A stretch of DNA of 36,159 nt from a virus (Duplodnaviria; Caudoviricetes): positions 1 through 36,159 of IMG/VR virus record IMGVR_UViG_3300046719_000042. The stretch is one strand, 5' to 3'. Every line of letters starts with the position of its first letter. Positions within the stretch are counted from its first letter, which is position 1. Below are positions 15,302 to 25,869 of this stretch, piece after piece. A program made the translations under genes and the position numbers. Below the pieces are notes generated by a model. That model was given only the letters and a program-made list of their open reading frames with translations, did not search any database and had not been told where the DNA came from.

Positions 15302-18132
15302 TGCTCGGAGGCGCCGTCGCCGCCCGCCGACGGCAAACCGCCGCGATCGTGCGGGTGGCGGCGGCCGAGCTTCCGGCCAACCGGGTCTACCAAAGATCCT
15401 CCGGCGTCTCCCTCGTTCCCCTGTCCGGCACCTATACCGGTGCGGCCAGCGCCGTATCCGCTCGCGTGATCGACGCCGTCACCAGTGTCGAGGCCAAGAC
15501 CTGGACGACCGTCGCCGCCGCTCCAACCGGCAATACCTGGTCGGGCACCCTCAGCGTGCCGCAGGGCGGCTGGTACAGGATCCAGTATCGCCTCGCGGCG
15601 GAGACGACCGCCATTTACACCGCCGTCAACCAGTTCGGCGTCGGTGATATCTGGATGTTCGCCGGGCAGTCCCAGCAAGCCCGCATGTCTACCCTCTCCA
15701 GTTTCCCACCCACCCCGGATACCCGAACCGTCTATTTCATCTCCGGGACCACCTGGACCGTCCCCGGCGTCACCGCCGGCACGAACGGCAACGGCGCCAT
15801 CACCTTTCTCAATCGCATGAGAGCCACCACGACCGTGCCGCAGGCCTGCATCCAGGTCAGTGTTGAGGGAACGGCGATCTCTGACTGGGAAGTGTCCGAC
15901 GCGGCCTACACCACGGCGATCTCCCGTCTGACCAGCGTCGGGGAAATCGCCGGAGTCTTGTGGCACCAGGGAACCTCAGACGTCGGCGTCACAACCAAGG
16001 CCAATTACAAAACCCGGCTGGCGGCGCTGAAATCCGGCTTGCAGTCCGCCGCGGCGATCCAGCGGTTCGCGGTCTATCCGCTGATGCACCAGACCACCGC
16101 CGCCGACACCGATGCCCAGATCCAGGAGATCAGGCAGGCGCACTACGAATATATCGCGGAAAATCCAGGAACCGTAAACCTGGGATGGCGTCCGGACATC
16201 TCGATGGCCGACGATGTCCATCAGACCGCCTCCGGGTCTGAACAGATCGGAACGACCTATGCCCACTCCCTGCTATTTTCCATGGGAGAGGTCAATACCA
16301 ACAGCCTTGGGCCGATCATCACTGGTGTCACGCGGGCAGGGCCGACCGTCACCCTGGCCGTCCAGCACCGCTCCGGCACTGCCCTCAAGATCAACGCGGG
16401 GACCCAGGCGACCGGCTTCCAGGTCTACCCGCGCGGCGCGCTCCAGAGCGACGCCACGGCCCTGGCGATCTCCAGCATTGTCCTGAACACCAACACGATC
16501 GACATCGCCCTGGCGGCTGATCCCTCAAGCGCTGTTGATGTCTATTATCAGTGGGGCCGGTTCGACCAGACATCCACCGTCTATGACAACACGACCTTCC
16601 AGGAACTCACGACCGGAAACGCGATGCAGCCGCTGATGCTGCCGGTCCAGAGCGCGGTCGAGGTCGGCGGCTTTGTCAATCCCGCCCTTACCTTCGACGG
16701 GGAGACCGGGCTCATCCGTTACCCCGCCACCACCGGCTGGAACTTCCCGGACGCGGACTGGACCGTCGGCGCCTGGGTTTCCATCAAGAACCCGGCCGGG
16801 ACCGCCTCCCAGTACATCATCTCGAGCGGATCCTACAACGGGCTGCAAACCTTCAATCTCCTTGTCTATGAAACATCGTCCTCGGGCAACGGCAGCGTCG
16901 TGGAATGCGCCGTCCGGGGCAGCGGAACCGGGTCCATCGTCACCGGACCTGTGCTCGCGTCTAACCTCGACACCGCCTGGAAGCTGTGGATCGTCGAACG
17001 CGTCAAGGCGACCGAGCTGATCAACATCTACATCCTGCCCATCAACGGTACCCGGACGCTTTACAAGTCTCTGAGCGTCGCCGGGCTGGGATCGATCACG
17101 CCCCCCGTCCTGACGGCACTTTCGACCAGGGCTCCCCCGATCGCGGCGAACGACCGCTGGCTCAACGGCAGCCTGCACAGCGTCTTCAAACTGGACGGCC
17201 TGCTGACCCAGGCGAACATGGAAGGTCTGGTCGGCGGCAATGACCTGATCACGAACCTCAACAAAAGTCCGGCCATCCTGACCAGGCTCAACACCCTGAC
17301 GACCCCGATTCCCAACAGCGGCACCGCTGCCAATGCCTCTGCGTCCGTCATCGGCGGCGTCACGACGACGGAAGGGCCGGTGTTCGAAGTTCCCTCCAAT
17401 GCCGTCCAGTTCAACGAAACCGCCATGGCCTACACGATGCCGGACAGTGCCAGCATGACCCTGCCGAGCGGCGACTGGACGCTCGGGTTCATGCTGGCGA
17501 TGGACGACAACGCCGGGACGGCGGCGCAGTATATCTGGAGCACCGGCGGCTACGGGGATCCACACTCGATCAACATCCTGTTCTGGGAGGCCAGCAGCAC
17601 TCTCACGCCTGAAAAGATAACCCTGTGCCTGGACGACAACGCGACGTCGATCGATCTCCAGGTCACCAGCACCAGCTCCGTCACGCCGACCGTCAACGGC
17701 TCGTACTATCTCTGGACTTTCGAAAAAGACAGTACCCTGGGAAAGATCAACTTCTACTACACGCCGATCAACGGTGTCCGCGTCCTGTTCCATTCCCACA
17801 CGCTGAGTGCTGCGGTCGGCGTGCTCAACGCGCCGGCTGCGGTCTCGACGATCGGTGGACGGTGGTCTGGGGCGGCTCCGGCGGGCCGCTACTTCGGCGG
17901 ACGCCTGCACCTGGCGTTTCAGATGAACGGCATCCTGAGCCAGTTCCAGACCCAGGACATCGCGCGGGGGAGGGACATGGTGACCCGGTTGAGCCTTGCG
18001 CCGACCTGGTACCATAAGTTCACCAGTGCCGCGACCACCCTCACAGACCTGAGCGGCAACGGCAATACCGCGACCCTGAGCGGTGGTCCGGCGGTCGTCG
18101 TCCCCGGCCCCAACTTCACGCCCAACGCCTAG
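15298..18132 (+). CDS. Virion-associated SGNH (SASA / sialate O-acetylesterase-like) esterase with two C-terminal LamG/ConA-like domains
   Basis: GVGDIWMFAGQSQ (block I, catalytic Ser), GVLWHQGTSD (block III), DDVH (DxxH). Two repeats: FPDADWTVG..AGTASQYI and LPSGDWTLG..AGTAAQYI. Confidence 0.8.
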   Translation: MMLGGAVAARRRQTAAIVRVAAAELPANRVYQRSSGVSLVPLSGTYTGAASAVSARVIDAVTSVEAKTWTTVAAAPTGNTWSGTLSVPQGGWYRIQYRLAAETTAIYTAVNQFGVGDIWMFAGQSQQARMSTLSSFPPTPDTRTVYFISGTTWTVPGVTAGTNGNGAITFLNRMRATTTVPQACIQVSVEGTAISDWEVSDAAYTTAISRLTSVGEIAGVLWHQGTSDVGVTTKANYKTRLAALKSGLQSAAAIQRFAVYPLMHQTTAADTDAQIQEIRQAHYEYIAENPGTVNLGWRPDISMADDVHQTASGSEQIGTTYAHSLLFSMGEVNTNSLGPIITGVTRAGPTVTLAVQHRSGTALKINAGTQATGFQVYPRGALQSDATALAISSIVLNTNTIDIALAADPSSAVDVYYQWGRFDQTSTVYDNTTFQELTTGNAMQPLMLPVQSAVEVGGFVNPALTFDGETGLIRYPATTGWNFPDADWTVGAWVSIKNPAGTASQYIISSGSYNGLQTFNLLVYETSSSGNGSVVECAVRGSGTGSIVTGPVLASNLDTAWKLWIVERVKATELINIYILPINGTRTLYKSLSVAGLGSITPPVLTALSTRAPPIAANDRWLNGSLHSVFKLDGLLTQANMEGLVGGNDLITNLNKSPAILTRLNTLTTPIPNSGTAANASASVIGGVTTTEGPVFEVPSNAVQFNETAMAYTMPDSASMTLPSGDWTLGFMLAMDDNAGTAAQYIWSTGGYGDPHSINILFWEASSTLTPEKITLCLDDNATSIDLQVTSTSSVTPTVNGSYYLWTFEKDSTLGKINFYYTPINGVRVLFHSHTLSAAVGVLNAPAAVSTIGGRWSGAAPAGRYFGGRLHLAFQMNGILSQFQTQDIARGRDMVTRLSLAPTWYHKFTSAATTLTDLSGNGNTATLSGGPAVVVPGPNFTPNA

Positions 18133-18150
18133 GTCGCCGGGAGAACCACC

Positions 18151-21100
18151 ATGCCAGACCAAACCCTCGACCAGCTTACCGAAAGCCCCAGCTCGGAAGA
18201 AACGGACAACCTCTACGCCACCCGGAATGGCAACTCGATCCGCATGAAGCTCGCGGTGGCGCTCTCGTCCAGGATCCCGGCAACCCGTCTCGTCGCCACC
18301 ATCAATGGCATCAAGGGCGGTGGCGACGGTACCGCCAACAGGACCCACGAACTCGACGTCGACGGCCTGGTAGAGGATCTGGCGCCCGATCTTACGTCCG
18401 ACTTCGTGCTCAGCCACGACACCTCGACCGGCCTGCCGCGCAAGGTCCGGATGACCCGGATCGCCGGAACCGGCACCGGAACCACAGCCAGCACGCCGGA
18501 TTTCGCGGTGATCGCCTCTCCCGGCCAGACCTCGGTCTCGGCGGTGGCCCCGTCTGAAACCGTCAATTTCGTCGCCGGCTCCAACATCCAGATTCAGACC
18601 GACCCGGCAACCAAGACGGTCCGCTGGCTCTTGACTGGTCTGGCCTCGAGCACGATCTCCATCAGTGCCGGCGCTGGGATGACGGGTGGCGGCAACCTGA
18701 CCGCAAACCGCAGCCTCGCCGTCGACATCGCCGGCCAGAGCGAGGACCTGACACCGGACCTTGGCGCGGACTATGTGATGACCCACGATGCGTCGAGCGG
18801 TCTGCTCCGGCGTGTCAAGCTTTCTCTTCTGTCGACCTCGTCCTTCACCCTGCTGACCGCGACCGCTACCCGGCTCGGCGGCATCCGGATCGGCAATGGC
18901 TTTACCTATGACGAAATCACCGGCATCCTGTCCGTCGTGCCGACCGGGACGTCCTACGTCCTGCCCGCCGCGACGGACACCGTTCGCGGCGGTGTCCGGG
19001 TCGGGACCGGCCTCACGGTTACCGGGGACATCCTGGCCAACGCCAACCCGACGCCCTACGTCCTGCCGGCTGCCGGGGTCAATGTCCTGGGTGGCATCAA
19101 GCAGGGGCCGGGCATCGAGATCGCGGCGGACGGCACCGCGTCTGTCAGCGGCGGCTCCAGCGGCACCGACAATTCCTTTCGTCCAGAGAGCTATGGCGCC
19201 ATCCGGGGCTCCGGCTTGACCCAGGCCCAGCGGGAATCCAACACGTCCGCGATCAACACCTGCTGGACCCAGGCATCGATCGTCAAGGGCCGCGTCGACA
19301 TGGGAGGCGGCACCTGGGAAATCTACGGAACCCTGAACCTGTCCAATACCACGACCTTGCGGATCGAAGGCGACTGGGCAACCATCCGACAGTTCCAAAG
19401 CTCCGTCTCGAACATCGCCATCACCAATGCTTCCCAGATCACGATGAGCGGCTTGCTTCTGGCCTACCAGAGCAACCAGACGACCGGCGCGGATCCGGTC
19501 ATCGGGGAAACCTACCTCGCGGCACTCCGCCTCAATGCCGTTTCAAACTGCCGCTTCAGCGACATCGACACGGTCAACGGCTGGGTCGGCATCGGGCTGT
19601 CGGGTGGCGCCGGTTCCTTCTCCAACACCTTCACCAACTGCCGGGTCAACATGTCCACCGGGCAGTCCTGGGGTCTCGTCCACAAGACCGGCAACGCCAA
19701 CAATTTCATCAACCTTCGGGTAACGGGCGGATTGTCGAGCCAAACGGTTTCCGGTGGCGTCCACGTTGGTTCCGCGGATCAGGTCACCTTCACGAACCTC
19801 GTGTGTGAAAGCCTCAGCGCGTTACGGCCGCTGTCCTTCTCCGGTGTCCGCGCCGCGACGATCACGGGCGCCGTGTTCAACCGGATCAGCCCCCGCGCCA
19901 CGGTCGGCTTCGGAACGCTGGTCAGCGCCTCCCTCGGCGCGGTGGTCCAGATAACCGGCGTCCATGTCGCCAACACGACGCTCTCGACGGCCAGCCAATC
20001 GATGGCGGACGCCGTGCTGTTCGCCGGTGAGGATGGCGCCTCGTTCCTGGTCGCCAGCATGACGCTGACCGGCACCATCAAGGACGGGGCCACGCGGTTT
20101 TCCCTGCTCGGGCATACCAGCAGCGCCGCCGCCAAGAACGTGAGCGGGACCTTCCAACAGATCCGGCTCGATACGACCCAGGCCAGTCCGCATCTCATGG
20201 ACGACCTTTCCATCGCCACGGTGGATCCGACAAGTGACTCCCTGGTCGGCCCGTTGCTGGCTTACAACAGCGTGCTGGGAGACGTCACCGGCTCCCTCTT
20301 CACGATCGGAGACGAGTCCCTGACGGTCTATCCCGGCGTCCAGGGCCGGCATGTCCAGTGCAATACCGCCCTGACCGCCGAGCGGACCGTCACCCTGTCC
20401 CGCTACATCGACCGGAGCTATGCCAGTGGCGCCTACACTGCCCCGAGGACCGTGCGGGGCGCCACCTTCCGAATTACCCGGACCGCCGTTTCGACCGGCT
20501 CTTCCCTGTTGACGGTGGCCAACCACAACGGTTCCTCGATCGTCGGCCTTGCGGCGAACCAGTCTGTCATCCTGGTCTTCGATGGCACGAACTTCGTGCA
20601 GGTTCCCGGTTCCCTCTCGACCGGCGGCGGTGGCGGCGCCACCGTCGTCTACGCCACCACGGCTGAGGCGATCACCGGAACCAGCACGACGACCGTCATG
20701 AACCCGGCCCGGACCAAGGAAGCGTTCAACGCGATGGCGACGGCCAACGAGATTACCGGCGTCGCCGGCCAGGTCCTAGGGTTCGACGCCTCCGGCAACG
20801 CCGCGGCGGTCAAGCTGACCCGAACAATCACGATCCCGCTGATCGGCGAATACATCCAGGTTACCACCGGCACCCAGGTACGCCGCATCATGATGCCGTT
20901 CTCGATGAAATTGACGGAAGTCCGCTTCTACATCGTCTCTGCCGGAACGACGGCGACGACGATGGACGTCAACGCAAATGGCGTGTCGATCCTCAACGCA
21001 CCCGTCTCCGTCGCCGCCAACACCCAGTCCACCACGTCCAGCAACTTCACGGCCCTGAGTACGGGAACGCTCGCCGTCAACACGCTGGTCGACTTCGACA

Positions 21101-21162
21101 TCGATGTCGCCGGAGCCGGAGCCAAGGGCGCTCAAATCACCTTGGTCGGGAACGAGATCTGA
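18151..21162 (+). CDS. Tail-spike/fibre protein with pectate-lyase-like parallel beta-helix (putative depolymerase)
   Basis: N-terminal fibre repeats (2x GGG..TANR...D.V..HD.S.G; 3x (LP)A(A)T...GG(I/V)). FRPESYGA..AINTCW..GGGTWEI beta-helix cap; Asn-rich coils (SNCRFSDI, SNTFTNCRV, NNFINLRV); YATTAEAITGT repeat; C-terminal beta-sandwich. Confidence 0.8.
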   Translation: MPDQTLDQLTESPSSEETDNLYATRNGNSIRMKLAVALSSRIPATRLVATINGIKGGGDGTANRTHELDVDGLVEDLAPDLTSDFVLSHDTSTGLPRKVRMTRIAGTGTGTTASTPDFAVIASPGQTSVSAVAPSETVNFVAGSNIQIQTDPATKTVRWLLTGLASSTISISAGAGMTGGGNLTANRSLAVDIAGQSEDLTPDLGADYVMTHDASSGLLRRVKLSLLSTSSFTLLTATATRLGGIRIGNGFTYDEITGILSVVPTGTSYVLPAATDTVRGGVRVGTGLTVTGDILANANPTPYVLPAAGVNVLGGIKQGPGIEIAADGTASVSGGSSGTDNSFRPESYGAIRGSGLTQAQRESNTSAINTCWTQASIVKGRVDMGGGTWEIYGTLNLSNTTTLRIEGDWATIRQFQSSVSNIAITNASQITMSGLLLAYQSNQTTGADPVIGETYLAALRLNAVSNCRFSDIDTVNGWVGIGLSGGAGSFSNTFTNCRVNMSTGQSWGLVHKTGNANNFINLRVTGGLSSQTVSGGVHVGSADQVTFTNLVCESLSALRPLSFSGVRAATITGAVFNRISPRATVGFGTLVSASLGAVVQITGVHVANTTLSTASQSMADAVLFAGEDGASFLVASMTLTGTIKDGATRFSLLGHTSSAAAKNVSGTFQQIRLDTTQASPHLMDDLSIATVDPTSDSLVGPLLAYNSVLGDVTGSLFTIGDESLTVYPGVQGRHVQCNTALTAERTVTLSRYIDRSYASGAYTAPRTVRGATFRITRTAVSTGSSLLTVANHNGSSIVGLAANQSVILVFDGTNFVQVPGSLSTGGGGGATVVYATTAEAITGTSTTTVMNPARTKEAFNAMATANEITGVAGQVLGFDASGNAAAVKLTRTITIPLIGEYIQVTTGTQVRRIMMPFSMKLTEVRFYIVSAGTTATTMDVNANGVSILNAPVSVAANTQSTTSSNFTALSTGTLAVNTLVDFDIDVAGAGAKGAQITLVGNEI

Positions 21163-21163
21163 C

Positions 21164-24124
21164 ATGGCGGGGTATTTCAAGAGTCCGGCAGGTCGCTACC
21201 TCAGAAGCCCCGGCGGAAAGGCGGTCAAGGCTGGGACCTTCGTCGCTCCCGTGGCGGATCGCACCATGCTGCCGACGACCCTGACGGTGGACACCAGCGT
21301 TTCCTCCGGGACGGCGATAGCGGATCTCATCTTCTCCGGCTTCCCGGTGTCCGACGTCAATCCCTTCACCTATGAGTTCACCAACGAGTTCTCCGGAGTC
21401 TCCTACACCGCGACCCTGACCGGGAATGCCGGCGGGCGCGTTGCCCTGACCGGAAACTGGGACCAGGGATACAAGCTGGTCGCCGGATTAACCGCCATGG
21501 CTGCCGGAACCTACCCGATCACGATCCAGGTCAGCGGCTTCCCGGAGACCTTCACCATCACCCTGACGGTCACCTCAACGGCAACGGTGGACGAGGTCCT
21601 GTTTACCGCCAAGGTCGAGAACCACGACACCGTGCCTTCCTGGTCTGACCAGGAAATGTCAATTGGCCAGTGGTTCGCTCCGGGAGACGTCAAGCCGGGC
21701 CGCATCGCCGTTCTTTCCGTCGATGGCATCCGCGTGCCGCAGCAGCTTTCCAACCGGACCTACTGGCTCGACGGCAGCCTCAAGCTGGCGCAGGTCCGCT
21801 TCCTGATGCCGGTGGTCGCCGCAGCCGGAATCAAGACGGTGACATGGCAGGCAATCGACGGATCCTGGACCACGACCGATGCCCCCTTCCATACCCAGAC
21901 CACGGCGATAACGTCGAAGGTCTCCCTCAACTATGCCTTCACCTCGTTCAAGGGCAGGACGGCGGCGGCTGTGCTGACCGCCGAGCGGGGGCCAAAAAAC
22001 TTCAAGTCGGCAGACATGTTGGGCTCCGGTAACTCCGCCTGGGTCGAGCGCATCGTGGCCGGGCCGGTGTGCACCGAATGGCGGGCCAGCGACATGGCGA
22101 CCGATGCTGCCGGGGTCCGCTCCGCGACCGAGAACCTCGGGGCCTTCCTCTACGCGCGGGCCTGGGGCGGCACCGTCAACAATCCGAAAAGAATCCAGTT
22201 CTTCTACCGATCGATCTATGGCTGGACGACCGACGTCGCGGCTGACGAGCAGGGCATCCGGGTCGATCTCAACCTGTCCGTCAATGGAACCGTGATCCGG
22301 GGAGCCGCCATTGGGACGACGGGATGGGGTGCCGTCAACGGCTGGAAGGGGGGATTCGTCGTCAGTGCCGGGTCTGAAGGAAAAATGGACTGGTTCGACG
22401 TCGCGACCAACGCCTTCGTGACGCCGCCGAGGTTGATCTACCGCCACGATATTCCGTATGGCGTCAGTGCAAAGTTCGTGCCGCCGTTCGATACCAGTAA
22501 TCCATCGTTTCCCATGACACCGGCGGTCCATACCTACCTGCCGGGACGGCGCGGTCCGCTCCGCCAGACCCAGGACGATGTTTCTGATTCCGCAATGCTC
22601 TGCTGGACCACCGCCAAGCCGATGGCCTGGTGCATTGCCGCACATGCCCGCGCCACGGCACAGCAGGTCTCTGACCACCAGCGGCTGGCCCGCGTCGCTG
22701 GTTTCGGCATGGGAGCGATGACCAACGTCTCGTTCAACCGGACGACTCGGAAGATCGCCTGTTACCTGCCACCGGTGAAATCAACCAACCAAGCGGTCAT
22801 CGGGGCTTCCGTCTGGAACGGTACCAAACCGGCGCAAGCCCCGGAATCCCTGCGGTTCGGCAATCCCGCGAGTGCCGATACCACCAGGGCGGAGATAGAG
22901 CATCTCGACAGCGCTCATATGCCGCAGCTTGCCCTGTGGCCGTATATCTCCGAGGGAGACCAGCACTGGCTCGACCTGATGTATCACGAGGCGACGTTGC
23001 CGGGGCTGAACGAGACGGCGGCCTATGGTTTCTATGGAACATCGGACAGGCTGAAGATCCCGTTCGGGGGAATCGTCTGGCGCGGTCAGATCCGCGGCGT
23101 CGGACATACCGCCCGTCCCATTGGCAATGCGCTGGGCGCCGGCAACCCGGCGGATCCGCATTGGGTCATGATTCGAGACATGCTCGACCACTGGGCGGAG
23201 ATGACCGAGGAACTGCCGCTCGAGGAAGACGCGTGGCGCGGCGGCCTGGCAAAAACGGACGGTCGGCGCTTTTCAGATTTGAAACTGCTGTGGCCGAACA
23301 ACGAGCCAACCTATAAAGTTTGGATGCATACTTTTGGATTACACGCAACTGCATACGCCTTTGGTATCAGTGAGTACCCGCGCCTCAAGTCCCGCGCCGA
23401 GTGGTGGGCGCACTGCCCGACCGTGATGGCGGGTGGCTGGCACAACGACACCACGCCCGAGTCCTACGTTATGAAGCCGGACCCACTGGCGGCAGCGGAC
23501 TATTCCGACGTCTGCATGTCGTCCCCTGGAAACGGCGTGATCGGGACCTCGACGATCGAGGATCGGCGGTACTGGCTTTACGGCCAGTGGAAGAGCGTCG
23601 TGACGGCGACGACCTATAAGGCCGACAACCAGACGCTGTCCTGGGCCGGTCCGATGCAGGGCACGACCGAGATGATGGATGGCATGATCATCACGATCAC
23701 CGGCGTTCGGGAGGCCAACGAGCCGTTCTGGGTCGCAGACATGACGAAGATGCCGGGGCTCCTGACGCGCAACATCCCCTACTACGCCGTCCAAAGCTCC
23801 GGCCTGACCTGCAAGATCTCGCTGTCTCCCGGCGGCAGCCCGGTCACCTTCAACACCTCCGGCGTCGATATCGTCGGCGCCTGCGTCCGAACGGCGGTCG
23901 GTGGACTGCATCCGCTGAGCACCGGCGCCCACGTATCCGTCGATGCCAACAACTACCTGATCCAAGTCTACGCGGCCTTGTCGATGTATCAGCACTACGT
24001 CGCGCCCACGAACCAGCGCGTGCTGTTGGCCCGCCAAAAACTCTTCAACTTAAAAAATACGTCCGCGGCTCCCAACGCCTGGGACGAGAGGGGTAAGGTT
24101 ACCGTGCCCTTGACCCTTCCCTGA
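21164..24124 (+). CDS. Large virion protein with PcRGLX/YetA (PL26)-like lyase architecture
   Basis: SIGQWFAPGDV..VPQQL..YWLDGSLKLA resembles the YetA/PcRGLX N-terminal barrel; AGPVCTEWR; helical region PYISEGDQHWLDLM..QIRGVGH. Start moved to ATG 21164. Confidence 0.6.
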   Translation: MAGYFKSPAGRYLRSPGGKAVKAGTFVAPVADRTMLPTTLTVDTSVSSGTAIADLIFSGFPVSDVNPFTYEFTNEFSGVSYTATLTGNAGGRVALTGNWDQGYKLVAGLTAMAAGTYPITIQVSGFPETFTITLTVTSTATVDEVLFTAKVENHDTVPSWSDQEMSIGQWFAPGDVKPGRIAVLSVDGIRVPQQLSNRTYWLDGSLKLAQVRFLMPVVAAAGIKTVTWQAIDGSWTTTDAPFHTQTTAITSKVSLNYAFTSFKGRTAAAVLTAERGPKNFKSADMLGSGNSAWVERIVAGPVCTEWRASDMATDAAGVRSATENLGAFLYARAWGGTVNNPKRIQFFYRSIYGWTTDVAADEQGIRVDLNLSVNGTVIRGAAIGTTGWGAVNGWKGGFVVSAGSEGKMDWFDVATNAFVTPPRLIYRHDIPYGVSAKFVPPFDTSNPSFPMTPAVHTYLPGRRGPLRQTQDDVSDSAMLCWTTAKPMAWCIAAHARATAQQVSDHQRLARVAGFGMGAMTNVSFNRTTRKIACYLPPVKSTNQAVIGASVWNGTKPAQAPESLRFGNPASADTTRAEIEHLDSAHMPQLALWPYISEGDQHWLDLMYHEATLPGLNETAAYGFYGTSDRLKIPFGGIVWRGQIRGVGHTARPIGNALGAGNPADPHWVMIRDMLDHWAEMTEELPLEEDAWRGGLAKTDGRRFSDLKLLWPNNEPTYKVWMHTFGLHATAYAFGISEYPRLKSRAEWWAHCPTVMAGGWHNDTTPESYVMKPDPLAAADYSDVCMSSPGNGVIGTSTIEDRRYWLYGQWKSVVTATTYKADNQTLSWAGPMQGTTEMMDGMIITITGVREANEPFWVADMTKMPGLLTRNIPYYAVQSSGLTCKISLSPGGSPVTFNTSGVDIVGACVRTAVGGLHPLSTGAHVSVDANNYLIQVYAALSMYQHYVAPTNQRVLLARQKLFNLKNTSAAPNAWDERGKVTVPLTLP

Positions 24125-24220
24125 CCGCCAAGATCGGACAGAAGATGACCCAAACCACCCCGAAACAGATCCAGGACGGGGCAAGAGACATCCCCGTCGC
24201 CGGTGCCGGGATAACGGATC

Positions 24221-25375
24221 TTGGTTGATACCTATGTCAACCTGCTCCGTCCCGGAGGGGCCTGGATTACCGGCGGCCCCGGCACGGTAACGATCGGCAG
24301 CGTAAACGGCCAGATGACGATCGTCGCGGATGGCACCGGCCTGGTATATGCGCGCCGTGGCGTCACGACCCAGGTCAACAAGACCTACCAACTGACCTGG
24401 AGCAACGACACGACCACCCTGATGTTTCGGCAGATTGGCACGGCGGAGGGATTGGGGGACATCCGGGCGGCCAACGTCTCCGCCATCGGGGACAACAAGA
24501 TCGAGTTCGTCGCGACCACCACCACCACCTGGGTCAGCTTCCAGAGAACCACCGCCGCATCCGTCACGATTTCATCCCTGCTTCTCCGGGAGATCCCAGC
24601 CGGCGCCAGCAGCGCGCGCCGGCTGAACGGCAAGAACCAGTATCTCAGCATCGATGCTCAACTGTCTGCGCTTAGGCTGTCCAATGCGAATTGGTATATC
24701 GGTGGGTTCGTGTCGTTCAACTACATGCCGATCGCCGGTGTATACTTTATGGATTTCGGCAGGCTGGATCCCTCGTCTCCGTCCGGCGGCGCAGGCCGGG
24801 TTCGACTTTTTTACGACGTCGACCAGGACAAGATCTCATGCTCCTCATCGGACAGTGCCGCGACGATCTACCGGGAAAACTATCTCATTAAAACCCTTGC
24901 ACTCGACACCTGGTACTACATCGGGATGACGGCGCTCACCAACGCGGATGTCCTCGTCAGGGTGGGGACGGAGAAAGGCTCAAGTTACATTGGGACCATC
25001 GTCCCCACCGTCTCGGTGAGTGACGTGTGCCGCGTTCTTCAGTTCGGTGCCAAGGTCGTCAATCCCAGGAGCAGTTTCTCTCCGTGCAATTTCAGCAACT
25101 GGATTTGGGCCTCAAACTGGATCCCGTCCGATGTCCAGATCAACCTCCTGGCGGGAGGAACGCCGCCAGCCGAAGTTCCTGGCCTTGCCGCTCCGACCGG
25201 AGCCACCCTCTATCACTGGCCCATGTTGGGAGCCACAACGGAGCCAAGCCTGATAGACACTGCCGCACCCCTCGTTTCGAACAGCACCTACGGATCGATC
25301 GTTTCCGTCGTCGGGCCGGTTCTCAACGTCACCGCTACCGTCGTTCCGCCGCAGCTCGACGTCATCATCACCTGA
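24221..25375 (+). CDS. Virion lectin-like protein: CBM-like domain plus LamG-like domain
   Basis: N-half homologous to the repeats of 14014..14772 (KTYQLTW..IGT..IEFVATTTTTWVSFQR). C-half ARRLNGKNQYL..NWYIGGFV..DTWYYIG is LamG-like. The TTG start is uncertain. Confidence 0.7.
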   Translation: MVDTYVNLLRPGGAWITGGPGTVTIGSVNGQMTIVADGTGLVYARRGVTTQVNKTYQLTWSNDTTTLMFRQIGTAEGLGDIRAANVSAIGDNKIEFVATTTTTWVSFQRTTAASVTISSLLLREIPAGASSARRLNGKNQYLSIDAQLSALRLSNANWYIGGFVSFNYMPIAGVYFMDFGRLDPSSPSGGAGRVRLFYDVDQDKISCSSSDSAATIYRENYLIKTLALDTWYYIGMTALTNADVLVRVGTEKGSSYIGTIVPTVSVSDVCRVLQFGAKVVNPRSSFSPCNFSNWIWASNWIPSDVQINLLAGGTPPAEVPGLAAPTGATLYHWPMLGATTEPSLIDTAAPLVSNSTYGSIVSVVGPVLNVTATVVPPQLDVIIT

Positions 25376-25387
25376 AGGAGCGACGAC

Positions 25388-25861
25388 ATGGCCCTGCTCC
25401 TCCAGAACGGAAGCTACCTGCAACTGCAAACCGGCGGTTCCGCCTCGGGCAAGATACTGCTGAAAGGAGATCCTGGAGCCGTGTTCCATGCCCTAGCCCC
25501 GCCATGGCGGACAGCCAACTTCGGGGACGGCACCACCATCGTCTCCTGGACCTCCGCCCTGGATCCATCAGAACGCAAGATCTACACCGTCAACGCTGCC
25601 ACAGAACTCAACGGCATCAACGACACGATCAGTTCCGTCAACGTCGAACTCTCCGGCCTGGCGGCTCTGGTCGGCCTCAGGATCTACGGTGTTACCAACG
25701 ACCTGACCCAGGTCAGCATCTGGTTCGAGATCAACCCGGCGGACCGGGCTCGGCCGGGTTGGGCATCTCCCGGAGAGACCCATCTTGTCACGGTCACCAT
25801 CACATCGATGGGTGGTCACATCTTCCAGAGAGACATCAGCCTCAGGATTCTCCAGCTATAG
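25388..25861 (+). CDS. Putative fibre-anchor/adaptor protein
   Basis: AAGGAG RBS; N-terminal LLLQNGSYLQLQTGG..ILL motif; the domain APPWRT..LDPSERKIYT..FQRDISLRI is repeated at the C-terminus of 26695..29997. Confidence 0.7.
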   Translation: MALLLQNGSYLQLQTGGSASGKILLKGDPGAVFHALAPPWRTANFGDGTTIVSWTSALDPSERKIYTVNAATELNGINDTISSVNVELSGLAALVGLRIYGVTNDLTQVSIWFEINPADRARPGWASPGETHLVTVTITSMGGHIFQRDISLRILQL

Positions 25862-25869
25862 GTAGCGCC

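Noticed and set aside
16525-19398. 957-aa minus-strand ORF (also 2585..3967, 28429..29985, 27220..28311 and other long antisense ORFs)
   Set aside because: Shadow ORFs of GC-rich, codon-biased plus-strand genes; no recognisable motifs; they fully overlap well-supported genes.
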